Positions 1 to 12,887 of a stretch of 64,000 bases of DNA are shown here, one piece after another; positions within the stretch are counted from its first letter, which is position 1; each line of letters starts with the position of its first letter. Below the pieces are notes generated by a model, which ran no database searches, was not told where the DNA came from, and saw only the letters and a program-made list of their open reading frames with translations. The stretch lies in contig JAAOMT010000762.1 of NCBI GenBank assembly GCA_016748015.1, forward strand, positions 434,001 to 498,000. The letters are read 5' to 3'. The position numbers and the translations under genes are program-made. Source of the DNA: Geosiphon pyriformis uo1. Its lineage: Eukaryota; Fungi; Glomeromycota.

Positions 1-629
1 ACCAGAATGATTGGGATTTGTTGATACTATCAGTACTATTTGCTTATCGGACAATAAAGCAAGATACTACACAAGCAACATCATTTGAATTAGTATATGA
101 TAGAACAGCAACACTATCAATGGAAATAGAAATCAGCACATATCCAACCAAACCAATAACAGAAAAAAATTTCAAAAACACATTGTTGAAAAGAATATAT
201 AACTTAATGGAAACATTAGAAAACCAACAACAGAGAGCAGCTGATAACATACAAAGATTACAAAAAAAACAAAAAAAAAGACATGATAACCAACTACCAG
301 ATAAACCAGTTGAACTCAAGATTGGAGACAAAGTACTATTATATTGTACCAAAGTGGAAAAACAATGGAGTGGAAAATTTGACTCCAAATAGGATGGACC
401 ATTTCACATAGAAGAAATTCTAGGAAATAGAGCTTACAAATTAAGATTGAATAACAAAATCTTAACCAAAGCAGCACATGGAGATTGACTGAAACCATAT
501 CACTATATAGCATCATCATCTACCAGTAATATTCCACAACTGGAAGTACAGAGAATACTAGTCCAACCAGATAAGATTCCACAAGATCTGGAACCAATCA
601 TCATCATTGATAACAACATGTCCAATTAA
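1..629 (+). pseudogene. Gypsy pol integrase C-terminus with GPF/Y region, interrupted by stop codons
   Basis: ORF 18..392 continues in the same frame past TAG (W>*) and TGA (R>*) to TAA at 627-629 (..DLEPIIIIDNNMSN*). No chromodomain recognised. Confidence 0.9.
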
Positions 630-653
630 TTGACAAAAAAAATATATAAAGGC

Positions 654-1313
654 ATGGTTGATGTGACAGAAAAATGCAGAAAAATGGAAATTACCAACAA
701 CATCTATTCATTAGCACAACAAATCTTTCAATTAATTCAACACCAGAAGATGGAAATTACAATCAATCAACAAACTATTTGATACAAAAGTACTGCAAGA
801 ATACCACAACACAAAGTACAGAAAAAACTTGAAAATGTTGTTGACAAGATCATGACCAAGGTAAAATTGGCCATGAAAGAACAATGAATAGTCGGATTAC
901 ACCAAGAACTTACCAGAGAAACTTAGACTTGGTAGACACAACAATTTTTGAAAAACTATTGTCATTTTCACTTGGGACAACACGTAAATATCCAGAATTT
1001 GTACACTGACAAAACAAAATAGTTATTTGACACAACAATACTGAGACAACTAGAACAATTTATAGGAAAGAACAATCTAACCACACAAGCTCGAGCTATT
1101 TACTGGCTATATATGGGATTTCAAGACTGACCAGAAATCTTACTCAACACAGCAATAGATACAGTTACAAGTAATCAATTGGAAAAAATGACCAATGCCT
1201 AATTTAAAGAACTACAAACTCAAATAACACAAATAATACTCAAAAAAGAAGTTCAAGAAATAATTCAAGAGGGGAAATTAAAAGAGTTAGATTTCAATGG
1301 AGCTCAATATTAA
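654..1313 (+). pseudogene. Extra ~220-codon ORF or domain downstream of integrase, unknown function
   Basis: Single frame with no frameshift: MVDVTEKCRKMEITNNIYSLAQQIFQLIQ...RAIYWLYMGFQD*PEILL...DFNGAQY*. Internal stops can be explained by C>T/G>A. Ends at the PPT. Confidence 0.8.
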
Positions 1314-1326
1314 AAGAAGGGAATAA

Positions 1327-2203
1327 TATTACTCATAGAATATAGGAAGTATATTATTATTAGCAAGTAGATATTAGCCAATTAGAAGTAGACATAGTAA
1401 ATGTGGAATTCCAGGATTCCTCTTAGAAAAATTACAGGATTCCAGAATTTCAGGATTCTCCAGTGAGAAATCACAGAATTCCAGAATTCCAGAATTTCTC
1501 TCATCAGGAATTGCAGGATTTCAAAAATTCCAGGATTCCTGTTGCAAGAAATTGAAGAATTGAGGAATCTCAAATATGTATATATAGCAGTAGTATTAGA
1601 AACAAAAGAAAAAAAATTGACACCAAGAATCCTTAGCTTAGTTACCACAATCCTCAAATAAATAATTATTCACTATATCAAATTCATTCTTCACTATCAA
1701 CACTTCATGTTGATAGTAACTGATACTTAACCATACTGAAACAATAGCTTTTGATCAAGGCTATTAACGGGATACTAACTTACAAATCACCTTGGCTTAT
1801 TTCTTATTTTCTCTTTTATCTTTTCTTTATTTTCTTTGTTGTCTACTAACTTGATTAAAGAATTTACTCTTGGAGGACTTATGGAGAAATAAACTTGCTT
1901 AAACAATACTTATTCTTAGAGGACTTACAAAGAAACTGACATCAGGAAACAGCACTGGTATACACTTATAGAGGATATTATACCAGAAGAATCAACCATC
2001 AAGCTGAGCAAGCAATTGATGAAACTACAGTTTCAGAAAACTACTGATAAACTGTTACCAGTGAATCTCTGTCTATTATACAAAAAACTCAATTGGAAAA
2101 CCTTCAGATAAAATACCTTCAAATTATCATTGTCACCAATTGCTTTGAGCACCAAGTTACAGGTTTGTTATTTACTCAACACCCCAAAGAATCACCTGTA
2201 ACA
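1327..2203 (+). repeat. 3' LTR of element A1 (~877 bp)
   Basis: Begins tattac (decayed TGTTAC) directly after the PPT and ends gtaaca. Homologous to ~5205-6076. Contains a short ccagaatt/caggatt tandem array at ~1406-1560. Confidence 0.85.
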
Positions 2204-4462
2204 CTGATAAACAGTGGTTTCAACTAAAGGGATCCTCTTCAAAGAAATTGATGTTGACATGATTGGGTCTTTGATTGGAGACATTATTGTTGATAATTCT
2301 GTTGTTTTAATTGTCATTGTTTCTGGGAGCTGGAGGAAACAAAGAAGGATTGTTGCAATCTCTAAAGAAATGTTCAATTAATCCACAGCAATAACACACA
2401 AGTGAGTCACAATTTTGTTGTCTTTGATAAAAGGGTTGTTGAAATTGATTAAAATGTGGTTCAAATCTAGATTTTTGTAGTTGCTGGTTGTTTTTGACTG
2501 CTTGGGCTAATAGTTCTAATACCCAAACAAAATTTGCTGTAAGTTTATTTATTAACTGTTTATTGGGGTTTTAAGTTTAGATGGCAAAAAAGATAGCAGC
2601 CATTTGTGGAGCAGGAGCCATAACAGAAACAGGAGCAAAAACTAGAAGAGTAGATTCCAGATACATATTTTGGTTACCTTCTATTCTCTGGACAAGTTCA
2701 ATAGCCATATTCATTGTAAGATTATCTTTTAAGGCCAGAAGGGACCAAAAAGCATATGACAGATCTGTTTTCAATCCTTTTGTAAAAGAATGAATTTTTT
2801 GCTTTTCTGTTCAGTTTTTTCAGAGTCTATTCTTTTAATTAACTTTCTGATAACTTTGGCATATTCAGTTACTATTTCACTAGAACCTTGGGTTTTTATT
2901 TTTAATTCTATATGCCATTTGAATATTAAAATAGGAGTTCTAAATTTTATTTCAAACTGGATAGTAAAAGAGGTGTTATTTTTTTTAGCATTTGCCAGTG
3001 TCTATTAATAATTCTTTGCTAAGCATTGACATTGGTTTTTTGTAAGAACCAAGTAGCAAAAGAGCCTTAAAGGTAGCGACCAACAATTTAAAATTTATAT
3101 TCATTATTATATTGGTTGGCTGTAGCAGCTTTTTTAAAGTCATTCAACTATTTAATTGGATCTTGTGCATTATTTCTGAATAAAGGTAGTGGGGTGTTAT
3201 TTCTTTATCCTAAAGCAGTTTGTATGTCTTAGAGGGCAATCAAAATATTTTGTTGCATGAAGTTATTAGCCATTGGTTCAAGAATAGCTGTTTGTGTAGA
3301 ATGTTCTAATTCACTTGAGAAGGGATCAAAAACAAAAGCAGTTTGATAGCTTTCTTCTTCTGTTTTAAAGAGTGTTTCAGCTAACTAATGAGCAGCAATC
3401 TAAATATGAATTTGATGATTCAAGTATTCAGAATTAAGGGACTGTTGTTCAAAAGTTGTGGAGTATAAAAGCTAATTGATGCTGTTGTTTCTTTCTTCAA
3501 AGTTGTTTTCAAAATAAGCTTGGTCAAAGTAATAGATTGTATAAGCTATGTAGGTTTTAACTGAATGCTTATTCAAGAACCAGTTCCAAAAGTCTTGGAA
3601 TTTTCTACTGGATTGTTTTTCAATGAAAAAGCAAATCAAGCAAAAGGGCAAAGGATTGAGTTCAATAAAGTCTAAATCAATTTTATTGTGTGCTTCAAAG
3701 TGTTTTTCTGATTGTTGTGGCAAGTATGAATAATTATTCATACAATAGGAAACAAAGTGGATTTTGACAATCTTACAGAGAACACCACTTTTATGTTACA
3801 GATTGGAGTAACAAGCTAATGGATAGCAAGAGAGAACAGGATTGTAGGATGATGAAAAGAATCAAAGAGAATTTAACTTTAAAGAACAAATTAAATAAGT
3901 ATGGATTTAATATACAAGATCAGTCTCATAAAATATCTTAGTCACTATACTTTTCAAAAGATAATTGGGAAATTTGAAGATAGAGAAATAGTCCATACTG
4001 TTAACAAATGATCACATACTGATATAATTCTATGCCTTATATTGGTGTTCTTAAAATTCAATATCAGATATTAGATATACTCTTCAGTTATATTTTATTC
4101 AATAATCTTCAAATGCTGCAATTATATGTTTCAGGAAAAGAATAAGAAATAACTAACAAGTAATTTTTTATCTCAAGATGTTCAGATACTTGAAAGTAAG
4201 AAAAAAAAATTAGTAATAAGAAAAAAATTGAGATAAAGTTGTTATTTTATTTCTTTTATTTCTTTGATTTTTACATATTTTTTTATAACTAAGAGATTCA
4301 TCACTTATATAGCTATCAAAAGTGGTCAATGATCAGATCAATGACTAAGTTAATAATCAGATTAATGATCAGGTCAATAGTTAGATCATTGATTAAGTCA
4401 ATGATCACTATCTAAAAATAGAGTGGCTAATTATATGACATTAGTGGCTAATACATATGATA
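2204..4462 (-). mobile_element. 5' part of Gypsy element B (5' LTR, PBS, decayed gag), interrupted by element A1
   Basis: On the minus strand the LTR ends tgtaaca at 3794, followed by PBS-like tggtgttctct. Gag motifs QDPI..LNDF.KAATANQY. Zinc knuckle CYCCGLIEHFFRDC at ~2355-2396. Confidence 0.88.
3794..4462 (-). repeat. 5' LTR of element B (~670 bp)
   Basis: Colinear with 30058-30711. Contains a ~12-bp tandem array (gatcaggtcaat-like) at ~4322-4410. Confidence 0.85.
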
Positions 4463-6076
4463 ATAAGAAGTATAGGTTTCAATCATAACAATATAAAAAA
4501 CCAACACACATAACAGAAGCAACAGAAAAGATAGAAATTACAAATAATATTCACTTTCTAATCTAACAATTATTTTAATTTATCAAATATGAAAAACTAA
4601 ACATGAAAACTAAAATTAATTAACAAATTATACAATACAAAAACACAAAAAAAAACCAAAACTCCAATATGAAATACAATATAGAATAGTATATAAAGCC
4701 TAAAAACATAGTAAATAATATAATAACAAAAATAAAAATATTATAAAAAACACCAAAAATAATAGTACTATATAAGAAGTTAATAAAAAAAATGGAAATA
4801 GTGAACACAACAATTTCCTAGAAATTTTTGCTATTACTATTTAAGATAAAAGCTCAATATTTAGAATTTGTATACAGATAAAACAAAACAAATATTTAAC
4901 ATAATAATATTACAATAAATAAAACAATTTGTAAAAAAAAACAATCTATTTACACAAGTATAAACAAAATACTGATTACAAACAGAATTCTAAAACCATC
5001 CAAAAATACTGCTATACTCAATAATAAATACTATATCTATTAATTAATTAGGAAAAATTACCAATGTTTAATTTAAAAAATTACAAACCAAAATTACACA
5101 AGTAATTTTAGAGAAAGAAGTAATAAAATTAATCCAAAAAGAAATTTAAGAAAGCTAAAAAACTTAGAAGATTTTAATAAAACTTAATATTAAAAAAAAA
5201 TAAAATTAGTTATAAAAATAGAAATTATAATAGGTAAAAAATAGTCAATAAGAAAAAAACATAGTAAAAAAAAGAATTTTAGGATTCATTTCAAGAAATT
5301 GCAGAATTGCAGAATTACAGAATTTTTTTTGACAAATTGCAAAATTTTAGAATTTCAAAATTTTTTTCAAAAGAATTGAAAGATTTTAAGAATTCTTGTA
5401 TAACACAAATTATATATATATAATAAGAGTATTAAAACAGAAAAAATAATTCAGAATAATAGCTAGTAATAATTAATTATCAAATATTTTTTTTTAAAAG
5501 ATAGTTTTTTATAACTTAAAATAGAATTATATTTATATCAATAAAAATATTTTTTATTATCTAAATTCATGTTATTATTATTTGATTAAGAAATATTAAT
5601 TAATTTCACACTATTAACAATCCATGTTAATAGAATTTAATACTTAATCACATTGAACTAATAGCTCTTGATCACAGTTATTAATAAAATACTAATTTTT
5701 TATTTTCTTTTTTATTTTTATTTTTTTTATTTTTTTTATTTTATTTTATTTTATTTTATTTTGTTATTTACCAATTGATTAAAAAATTAAGTATTGAGTA
5801 ATTAATGTTAAAGATAGTTTGGTAAAAAACATGTAAAACAAAAGTAGAAAAACTTAAGAATAACTTACCAGAAAAACATAATTGTCAAAATAAACTGATC
5901 ACTATGCTAAAAACAAAAATTGGGGAAAACCATTAATTAAATTTCTGTCCATTATATAAAGAATTTAATCAAAATTTTTAGATTTCAAAATCTTCAGAAA
6001 TTACTAACATTAACAACTATTAAATACCAAGTTATAAATTTATTTATTATAATACTCCAAATAATTACTTGTAACA
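4463..6076 (+). mobile_element. Strongly decayed 3' end of a second family-A Gypsy copy (extra ORF plus LTR ~5205-6076)
   Basis: Translation KIEITNNIH... and KQFVKKNNLFTQ..KITNV*FKKLQTKITQVILEKEV matches 654-1313. LTR matches 1327-2203 and ends tgtaaca at 6070-6076. Confidence 0.85.
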
Positions 6077-9000
6077 ATAACCACCAAAACAATAATAAAA
6101 AAATTTGTGTTTTAAGAAATATTAAAAATAAAATAGTAGACAAAAACAAAAATAAAAAATTTTTTTTATTAAATTGGCTTTTTAAAAAATTTTTAAATAT
6201 AGAAAAAAAGTTTTTTTTATTAAATTTTCTAAATATATTTTTTTATTAAAGTTTAATAAGTGCAGTTCAATTATTATCTAGTATACAGAACCAAAATTAA
6301 AAGTTTTAGCTAAATATAATTCACACTTTTTCTATATATAGCCAGTTACTTAGACCAATTAAAAACACACTATATTAATATTTTAGAAGAAAACTTATCC
6401 AAAAAAAATATTTTTTAAACAACTTTAAATAATATAGCACTAGTAAAAATCAAGCTTATTAATTAGCTAGCTGTTTTAAAGATATTAGACTCAATATTAG
6501 CTGGTTTATGTTTTCAAAGTAATATTATAAGTAAATTTATAAGATATGATAGTAATATTTGGTGTTCTAAATTTGGATAAAAGAAGCTTAAAAAGTTTTT
6601 TTTATAGACATATAAGGTGTATTAATGTTATTAGATTCTGAAAATTTGCTATAAATATAATTTTATTCATAAAGTTCTTTAATTATAAAGCACAGAGAAA
6701 TGATTTGACTATTTATAGTTAATATAAATAAGCTATCTTTTTTAAGTTAATTGAGTGTAATCATTAAAGTTTGACAGTATTTTTTTGCTTTTTTAATAAA
6801 TTAACAAAATAATATTAATATTTAATTTTAGAAAAAACTTCTTTTTTTTACTAAGCTATTATAAAATCTATTTTTAAACAGTTAATTTTTCAAGATTGTC
6901 ATTTCAAAAAGAATAAAAAAAATAAAATAAAATAAAATAAAATAAAAAATAAAATTAAGATAAAAAAAAAAAATTAATATTATTAATTACTATAATTAAG
7001 AACAATTGGTCTAAGTTATTAAGATTCTGCTACAATTATGCTAAAAGCATCTGATTAAAAATTAAGATAAAAGAAATAATTAATTTAGTTTAAACACATA
7101 GATTCGAGAATTAGAAATAAGTAATTTAGTTTTGATTATTTTTTTTATTTGAGATAATATGAATATAAAATATAAGTTAGATTAATTTACAAAAAAAATA
7201 AGAAAAAAATAGAAAAAAATTTGTTCTTGTTTATCTGTTTTTTTTATTTTCTAAAACTACTTGTTTTTATATATATATTTTAGTTTTACAAGATTGTTTT
7301 TAATTATCTTGTTATTATTAACTACTGTTTATTATTTCTGTTATTGTTTTATTTTTTTATATTATTACTATTTATCCTAAGTTTAGACTAGTTATTTTGT
7401 GCCATATTATGTTATTATATTTTTTTATTATGTTATTCCAAGTTATTATATGTTCTTTTGTAAAATAAGTGTTGAAATTAAGATAAATAGTTTGTTCTTT
7501 TTAATTCTAGTAGAACTGTAAGCTATTATATTTACACTGGAATGTATTCTTATATTTAACTTGATTGTATTGTTTATAGATAGTTAAGTGTTGTTAAATG
7601 TTTGTGTTTCAAATAAAAAATATATTAAGTCCAATTTTTGTGATAAATACTAGATCAAAAGAAAATAAATTTTTTAGATTATTGTGTCAAAAAATTTGTT
7701 AATTAGTTGAAATAAAATCAAGAATTATTCTGGTATTATTAGTAATAAATACATAAACTTTTTTATTAATATTATTACTATGTTTGATTTTATAATGTCT
7801 ATTTAGGTGTTGTACTGTTTTCTTGTCATTAAAAAAAAATCTGTTTCTAAGAATGCTTATTACTTTGTTAGATAATTATTTAAGACTATTGGTTTTGTTG
7901 GTTGGAAATCCAAATACATTGATAGTACTGTAAATATAATGCTTTGCAATTTTTTTGATATATATAAAACCTTTGACATATGATATTTTAATAGTTATAT
8001 TAGATCTGGTTTTACTAGTTTTGCTTTTGTAATACTTTAATTCTACTTCATAAAAGTTTTATATTGCCAGTTGCTTATAATCAAAAGGAAAAGACTATAT
8101 AACTCAAATTATTCTAACATATTATGTATTTGGTATGAGCTAATTGAGAATTCTAATCATATATTTTTATATATATATAATAATTGCACTAGAAAGAATC
8201 TAATCTTAAATATTATCCAAAAGTAAATTAATTTGTTGAATATTTGTACTGCTGATTATGAAGTAATTCAATCCTTGTATAAGACTGAATTTTTTGGTTG
8301 CTTATATATGTCACTGGCTAAAAATTTTGTATTGGAAAAATAAGTAACTAAAATAGTATATTTGTTAAATACTGAGTCTAATAGTAGTGTAATAGTTGTT
8401 GATTTAATTTGGAGTTTTGCTAAAAGTTATAGAGTTGTTATTTGATTATCAAATATATAATTAAGAGCACATTATAAAAAACATGGTTTTCTGTCTTGTG
8501 ATAGATTAGTTATTCTATTTGTTCCAGAATTATTATTTTTGTGAACTTTTAAGATGATTTATAATTTTGGTATCAGATTAAATATACATGTTTGTTTTAG
8601 TTTATAATTTTTTTTGACTAGTTTATATTTTGGTTTTATGTAAAACTTTCTTGTAATAGGTAATATAAATGTATAATGCTGTTTTAATTGATTTAAATAG
8701 CTGATTATATGTAAAAAAAACATAAATCATATTTAATCTAAAATCTTTTTTGATTGCATGTTTTTAAATAGTGGTTGAACTGTACTTGTAAAACTTAATA
8801 AAAAAAATTGGCTTGAATATTTTATGTATTAATCTAAAAAACATTATTGTAAACTTATAAGTTTTATATTTTATAATAAAAATAATTTTTTGTTTGCTAT
8901 TAAAATTTATTATTACTTGTTAGAATTTAGTATTTAAATTAATAATTAAGAAAAAAACAATATTATAAAACTTCTTAAACATATTTTTAATTAAAAAAAA

Positions 9001-9800
9001 AAATTTTATTTAATAATTATATTAAGCTAATAATAATTAATATAAAATCATAAATTTTTTTTGAATATTTTGGATTTTTTTACAAACTAAGCTTTTTTAT
9101 TTTTTTTGACAAACTTATTATTATAGTAATTTAATTAAATAAATAATAAATATTTTTGGTTTTAATTATATATTAAATAATATTAGTTTATTTTTTAATA
9201 CAGTTTTATGGTTTTATATTAAAAAATTTAATAAATATTTTATTTTAAAGAACTTTTAAACATATTTGGTTTTTTATTAAATATTAAGTTAATTAACTTT
9301 TAATTTTTATAATAAATTAGATATATTTTGTATTTATTATTAAAAAATACAAAAAATCAATTATTTTAATTTTTAACACAAAAATTATAATTTATTTAAC
9401 ATTAGTATAAAAATTGTTTTTTTTGGTATATTTAATACTAATAGTTCTAATTTAAACAATAATCAATTTCTTATAAATTCTTTAATTTTTATTGTATAAT
9501 ATTATTAAAATTATTATATAAGTTTTTTTATTATTTTTTATTATTGTATATAATATATTTTTTTAAAAAAATTAATTTGAAACCTATTTACTATTATTAA
9601 AATTTTTTTTAAAACTATTTTTACAATTACTTAAAGTATTTTTCTAATTTAAAAACACAGAATATTAATAGTCTTAAACACTTTTTCTAAATAAAACAAT
9701 AAAGCTTTTTATTAATTAATAACAACATGAATAATTTTAATCAGAGATTATTTTTTTAAAAATTTAACTAATGAATAATAATTTGATTTAAGAATAAGTG
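6077..9800 (-). mobile_element. Highly eroded Gypsy gag-pol remnant (protease/gag region) interrupted by an LTR
   Basis: Minus-strand relics TLLLDS (protease-like, ~8370-8390) and NLLLDN (~8210-8230). Coding-like strand skew, essentially no CpG. Confidence 0.55.
6523..7450 (-). repeat. Truncated or solo LTR of the element-C type
   Basis: Starts tattataagtaaattt like 31171. Shares taattaagaacaattggtc.aagtt and aaaactacttgtttttata...tagttttacaagattg blocks with 31171-32249 and 37812-38804. Confidence 0.8.
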
Positions 9801-9864
9801 CAAATAAATTTTATAATAAATTTATAACAAGAATTCAATTTTCAATATTAAATTTTTATTTTTT

Positions 9865-9937
9865 TTTAATTAATTAAAGATTTATTTAAATATTGAATAT
9901 TTTTTTATTTATTTAAATAAATCTTTAATTAATTAAA
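9865..9937. repeat. Perfect 28-bp inverted repeat with a 17-bp spacer
   Basis: tttaattaattaaagatttatttaaata (9865-9892) pairs with tatttaaataaatctttaattaattaaa (9910-9937). Confidence 0.85.
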
Positions 9938-10054
9938 TAAAACTAAGATAAAAGATGTTTTTTCTCAATATTAAAACTATTATATATATGTATGTTTGTA
10001 GTTCTATAAAATAACATATAATAATATTTTATTTTTGATATTTTCAAATAGTAC

Positions 10055-10055
<1 letters not shown>

Positions 10056-10100
<45 letters not shown>
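10056..10100. repeat. (TTA)n microsatellite
   Basis: Direct reading. Confidence 0.95.
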
Positions 10101-10102
<2 letters not shown>

Positions 10103-10964
10103 GTTTATTATTATCACAATATAGTACTTGCTGTCAACATTATTTGATAATTGTTGCTATGTAAATTATTATTTTTTTAAGATTATTATTGTATTATATT
10201 ATAATTAAATAATTTCTTATATTTTATTTATAATTTTTACTAATTTTTGAACTATAACAGTTGAAAATATTATTAGGAATTGATTCACTTTATCTTTTCT
10301 GTGATCAATCTCTTTGGCTGATAGTTTTCAATTGAAAATTTTCTTTCGTAATTTCAAATTCTGTACTAGCGAAACTGAAAGTTTCTCTTTCAAGTCAAAA
10401 AGATTGATATATTTAAGTTGAATGAAATATAATGATTATTTTCAGCACTTTCTGAATTGCATTTAAACAAACTGCTGTACAAAATGAATTTTATATTGCA
10501 TGCATAGATATTCCAAATTTGAATTTAACTTTAGTCAAAAATAAAAGTTTTATAAAACTTTTTTCCATTTTATTGAAATTTCGAAACGAATCATATTGTA
10601 AACCGTTCATTGGAATATTTATTCATTCAAAAAAAAAAAAAATTTTTTTTTTAACTCGTAGATAAAAAGTTTTTTCGAAAAGTCATTAAGTCGGGTCCTA
10701 AAAATGATGCGCAATTTTTAACCAATAGCGACACCTCTAACGAAAAACCCGATAAATATTGATGTTCATCTGTTTATCATCATCATCACTCTTATAGAAG
10801 CTTTGAAATTATCATCAGGCGAAGTATTTTCAAATATATTTTTAGTTTAGTTATATATATGATTTATTAAAAGCATTCATTCAACTTTTTTAAAGGACAA
10901 AGAAATAATTAAATTTTTTTTTTATATTCATCACCTTTAAGTTTTTTTTGTTCTATTTAATAAG

Positions 10965-11879
10965 ATGTCCGAAACTGAAATAACATCGTCTGTCGTCGAA
11001 ACTCATCCATTAAAATTCAACGAAAGCCAACTACTTTCACAACTCTATTCTTACTTCTATGAATTGTCCTATTTAACCTGGGATGATCAAGAAATCGAAT
11101 TCGCCTTAATAAAATGGTTCACCAAACATAATCAAACTGCCGACCATATTTTTAGTCTTGTTCAATCCCAACTTCCCATCAATCCAAAATACTGGTGCTT
11201 ATACGGATATTTGTGCCACTTTGGAATCGGTCCCTTGCAAGAATCTTTCTCTGCTTTTTACTGGTATTTAAAAGCGGCGGATGAAGCCGGATGCTCTTTC
11301 GCATTTAACCAAGTGGGGTTCTGTTACCAAACTGGAGTTGGTATTGAACAAGATTGGAGAAAAGGATTTGAGTACATTAAGAAATCGGCCGAGATGGGAA
11401 ATCCACAAGGTTTGGTTAATTTAGGGTATTGCTATGAGTATGGTAAAGGGGTTGAGAAGGATGTCAAAGAGGCTTTTAAATATCATGAAAAAGCTGTGGA
11501 GACAAACGCTCCATTGACATTCCTTGGTATGGGAATGACTTATGCCGGAGGAATTGTAACAACACTCGATGAACAAAAAGCTTTAAAATGGTATCAAAAA
11601 GCGGCAGATGCTGGGAATTGTTCTGCGCAGTGTGAAATTGGGTATAGATATTTGTACGGGGAAGGTTGTCGAAAAGATGAAATTCGTGGATTTCATTGTT
11701 TCAAAAATGCCGCTTATTGGCATCCACAGGCTCAGATTGAATTGGCATTCTTGTACCGAATGGGTCATGGAACTTTGAGGGATCATCATTTAGCGCTACG
11801 ATGGTTTCGAGAATGGAGCAAAGAAGAAACCACTGAATCCTATTTGGTTAATGGAAGAATATTTTTCAATATGATCTAA
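10965..11879 (+). CDS. SEL1-like repeat (HCP-like) protein, intronless, 304 aa
   Basis: About six Sel1 repeats, e.g. AFNQVGFCYQTGVGIEQDWRKGFEYIKKSAEMG and GLVNLGYCYEYGKGVEKDVKEAFKYHEKA. Confidence 0.93.
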   Translation: MSETEITSSVVETHPLKFNESQLLSQLYSYFYELSYLTWDDQEIEFALIKWFTKHNQTADHIFSLVQSQLPINPKYWCLYGYLCHFGIGPLQESFSAFYWYLKAADEAGCSFAFNQVGFCYQTGVGIEQDWRKGFEYIKKSAEMGNPQGLVNLGYCYEYGKGVEKDVKEAFKYHEKAVETNAPLTFLGMGMTYAGGIVTTLDEQKALKWYQKAADAGNCSAQCEIGYRYLYGEGCRKDEIRGFHCFKNAAYWHPQAQIELAFLYRMGHGTLRDHHLALRWFREWSKEETTESYLVNGRIFFNMI

Positions 11880-12887
11880 ATTTATAAAGTGAAGGATCAA
11901 CTTCAAAAAAATCTTTTAAGGTTCTCATCTACTTAGTGTTTGTTATCAACTATTCTCATCGAAAATTAAAAACTTGATGTGAAATATTTGTCTCAACCAT
12001 TAAGCTATTATTGGACTATAGAATTTGTGTAAAATTTGAGCATCAAATAATTGTGAGTTTCAATTTTAAAATACATTAAATGAGATCTTGAGGAAAATTA
12101 AATTTCAACAATATATTGATTTTAGAATTTGCTAACGGAGATATTCTTTTTTAAGGTTCTTTAAATTAAATTGGAAGCTTTTGTATTACAACACTTTATA
12201 TCAATCTCCATTATTTGTATCGTTAAACTTTTTATTATCAAAAGAATCATAAGGGGCTACAAAAATCTTTGTGGGTAGATAGGAAAAAATATATACAGAT
12301 TAACAATATAATCATGAAATGAGATTTTTCAAACCTTTTCCTTCAGTTATTGTAACCCTTCGAAACTCAAAATAGTTTAAAATAAAACTTTAAGAATTAA
12401 CTTCTGAGGTTATCTCAAGGGATGAATATTTTATCTTTTTATTTGGTCAACTCTAATTTGCAGATAAGGTTTTTAGGGTTAAAAAGTATAAATTAATCCA
12501 AATTGATATCGAAAGGTTAAACGAACTTGAAAATTACAATACTTTGCGTTTCCATATCTCTCATGCATTTCAGCAGAGAGAGATTAAGTGTGTGAAGTGA
12601 AATGATGCAGCATTTCATTGAAAGAGCTAAAATAGTTGTTGCGTGGCCAATCGCTTGGTAAGCCTTGTTGTATCAAAAAGTCCAAGTAATATGATTATCA
12701 ATTCGTGAAATGAATATTTTTGGTTAAAAATTTTAATTCACTTTTCAATCTCGCTCCTGAGAACCTTATTTTATCTCAACCTGAATTTACAAAAAAAAAA
12801 AAACCTTTTCAGCCCTAAACCCAAAAAGCCCAAGCAGGACAGCACGCATCAAAGCCCATAATTCAACCATATACCAATTACAAAAAT

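Larger units (their letters stand above)
1..2203 (+). mobile_element. 3' part of Ty3/Gypsy LTR retrotransposon A1 (integrase C-terminus, extra ORF, PPT, 3' LTR)
   Basis: Integrase C-terminal motifs (SVLFAYRT..Q.TT..T.FELVY; KIGDKVLL..KF..K*DGPF.I..GN.AYKL) with in-frame stops. Purine tract aaaagaagggaataa at ~1312-1326. LTR ends in tgtaaca at 2197-2203. Confidence 0.92.

Noticed and set aside
44-519. Minus-strand ORFs of 114 and 67 aa
   Set aside because: Antisense to the integrase relic, with no independent signal.
654-1313. Alternative genetic code or programmed readthrough as an explanation for in-frame stops
   Set aside because: All three stop types occur and fit C>T/G>A decay, and host genes use the standard code.
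1406-1560. Short repeat array that could suggest CRISPR
   Set aside because: Imperfect 8-9-bp tandem units without unique spacers, inside an LTR, with no cas genes.
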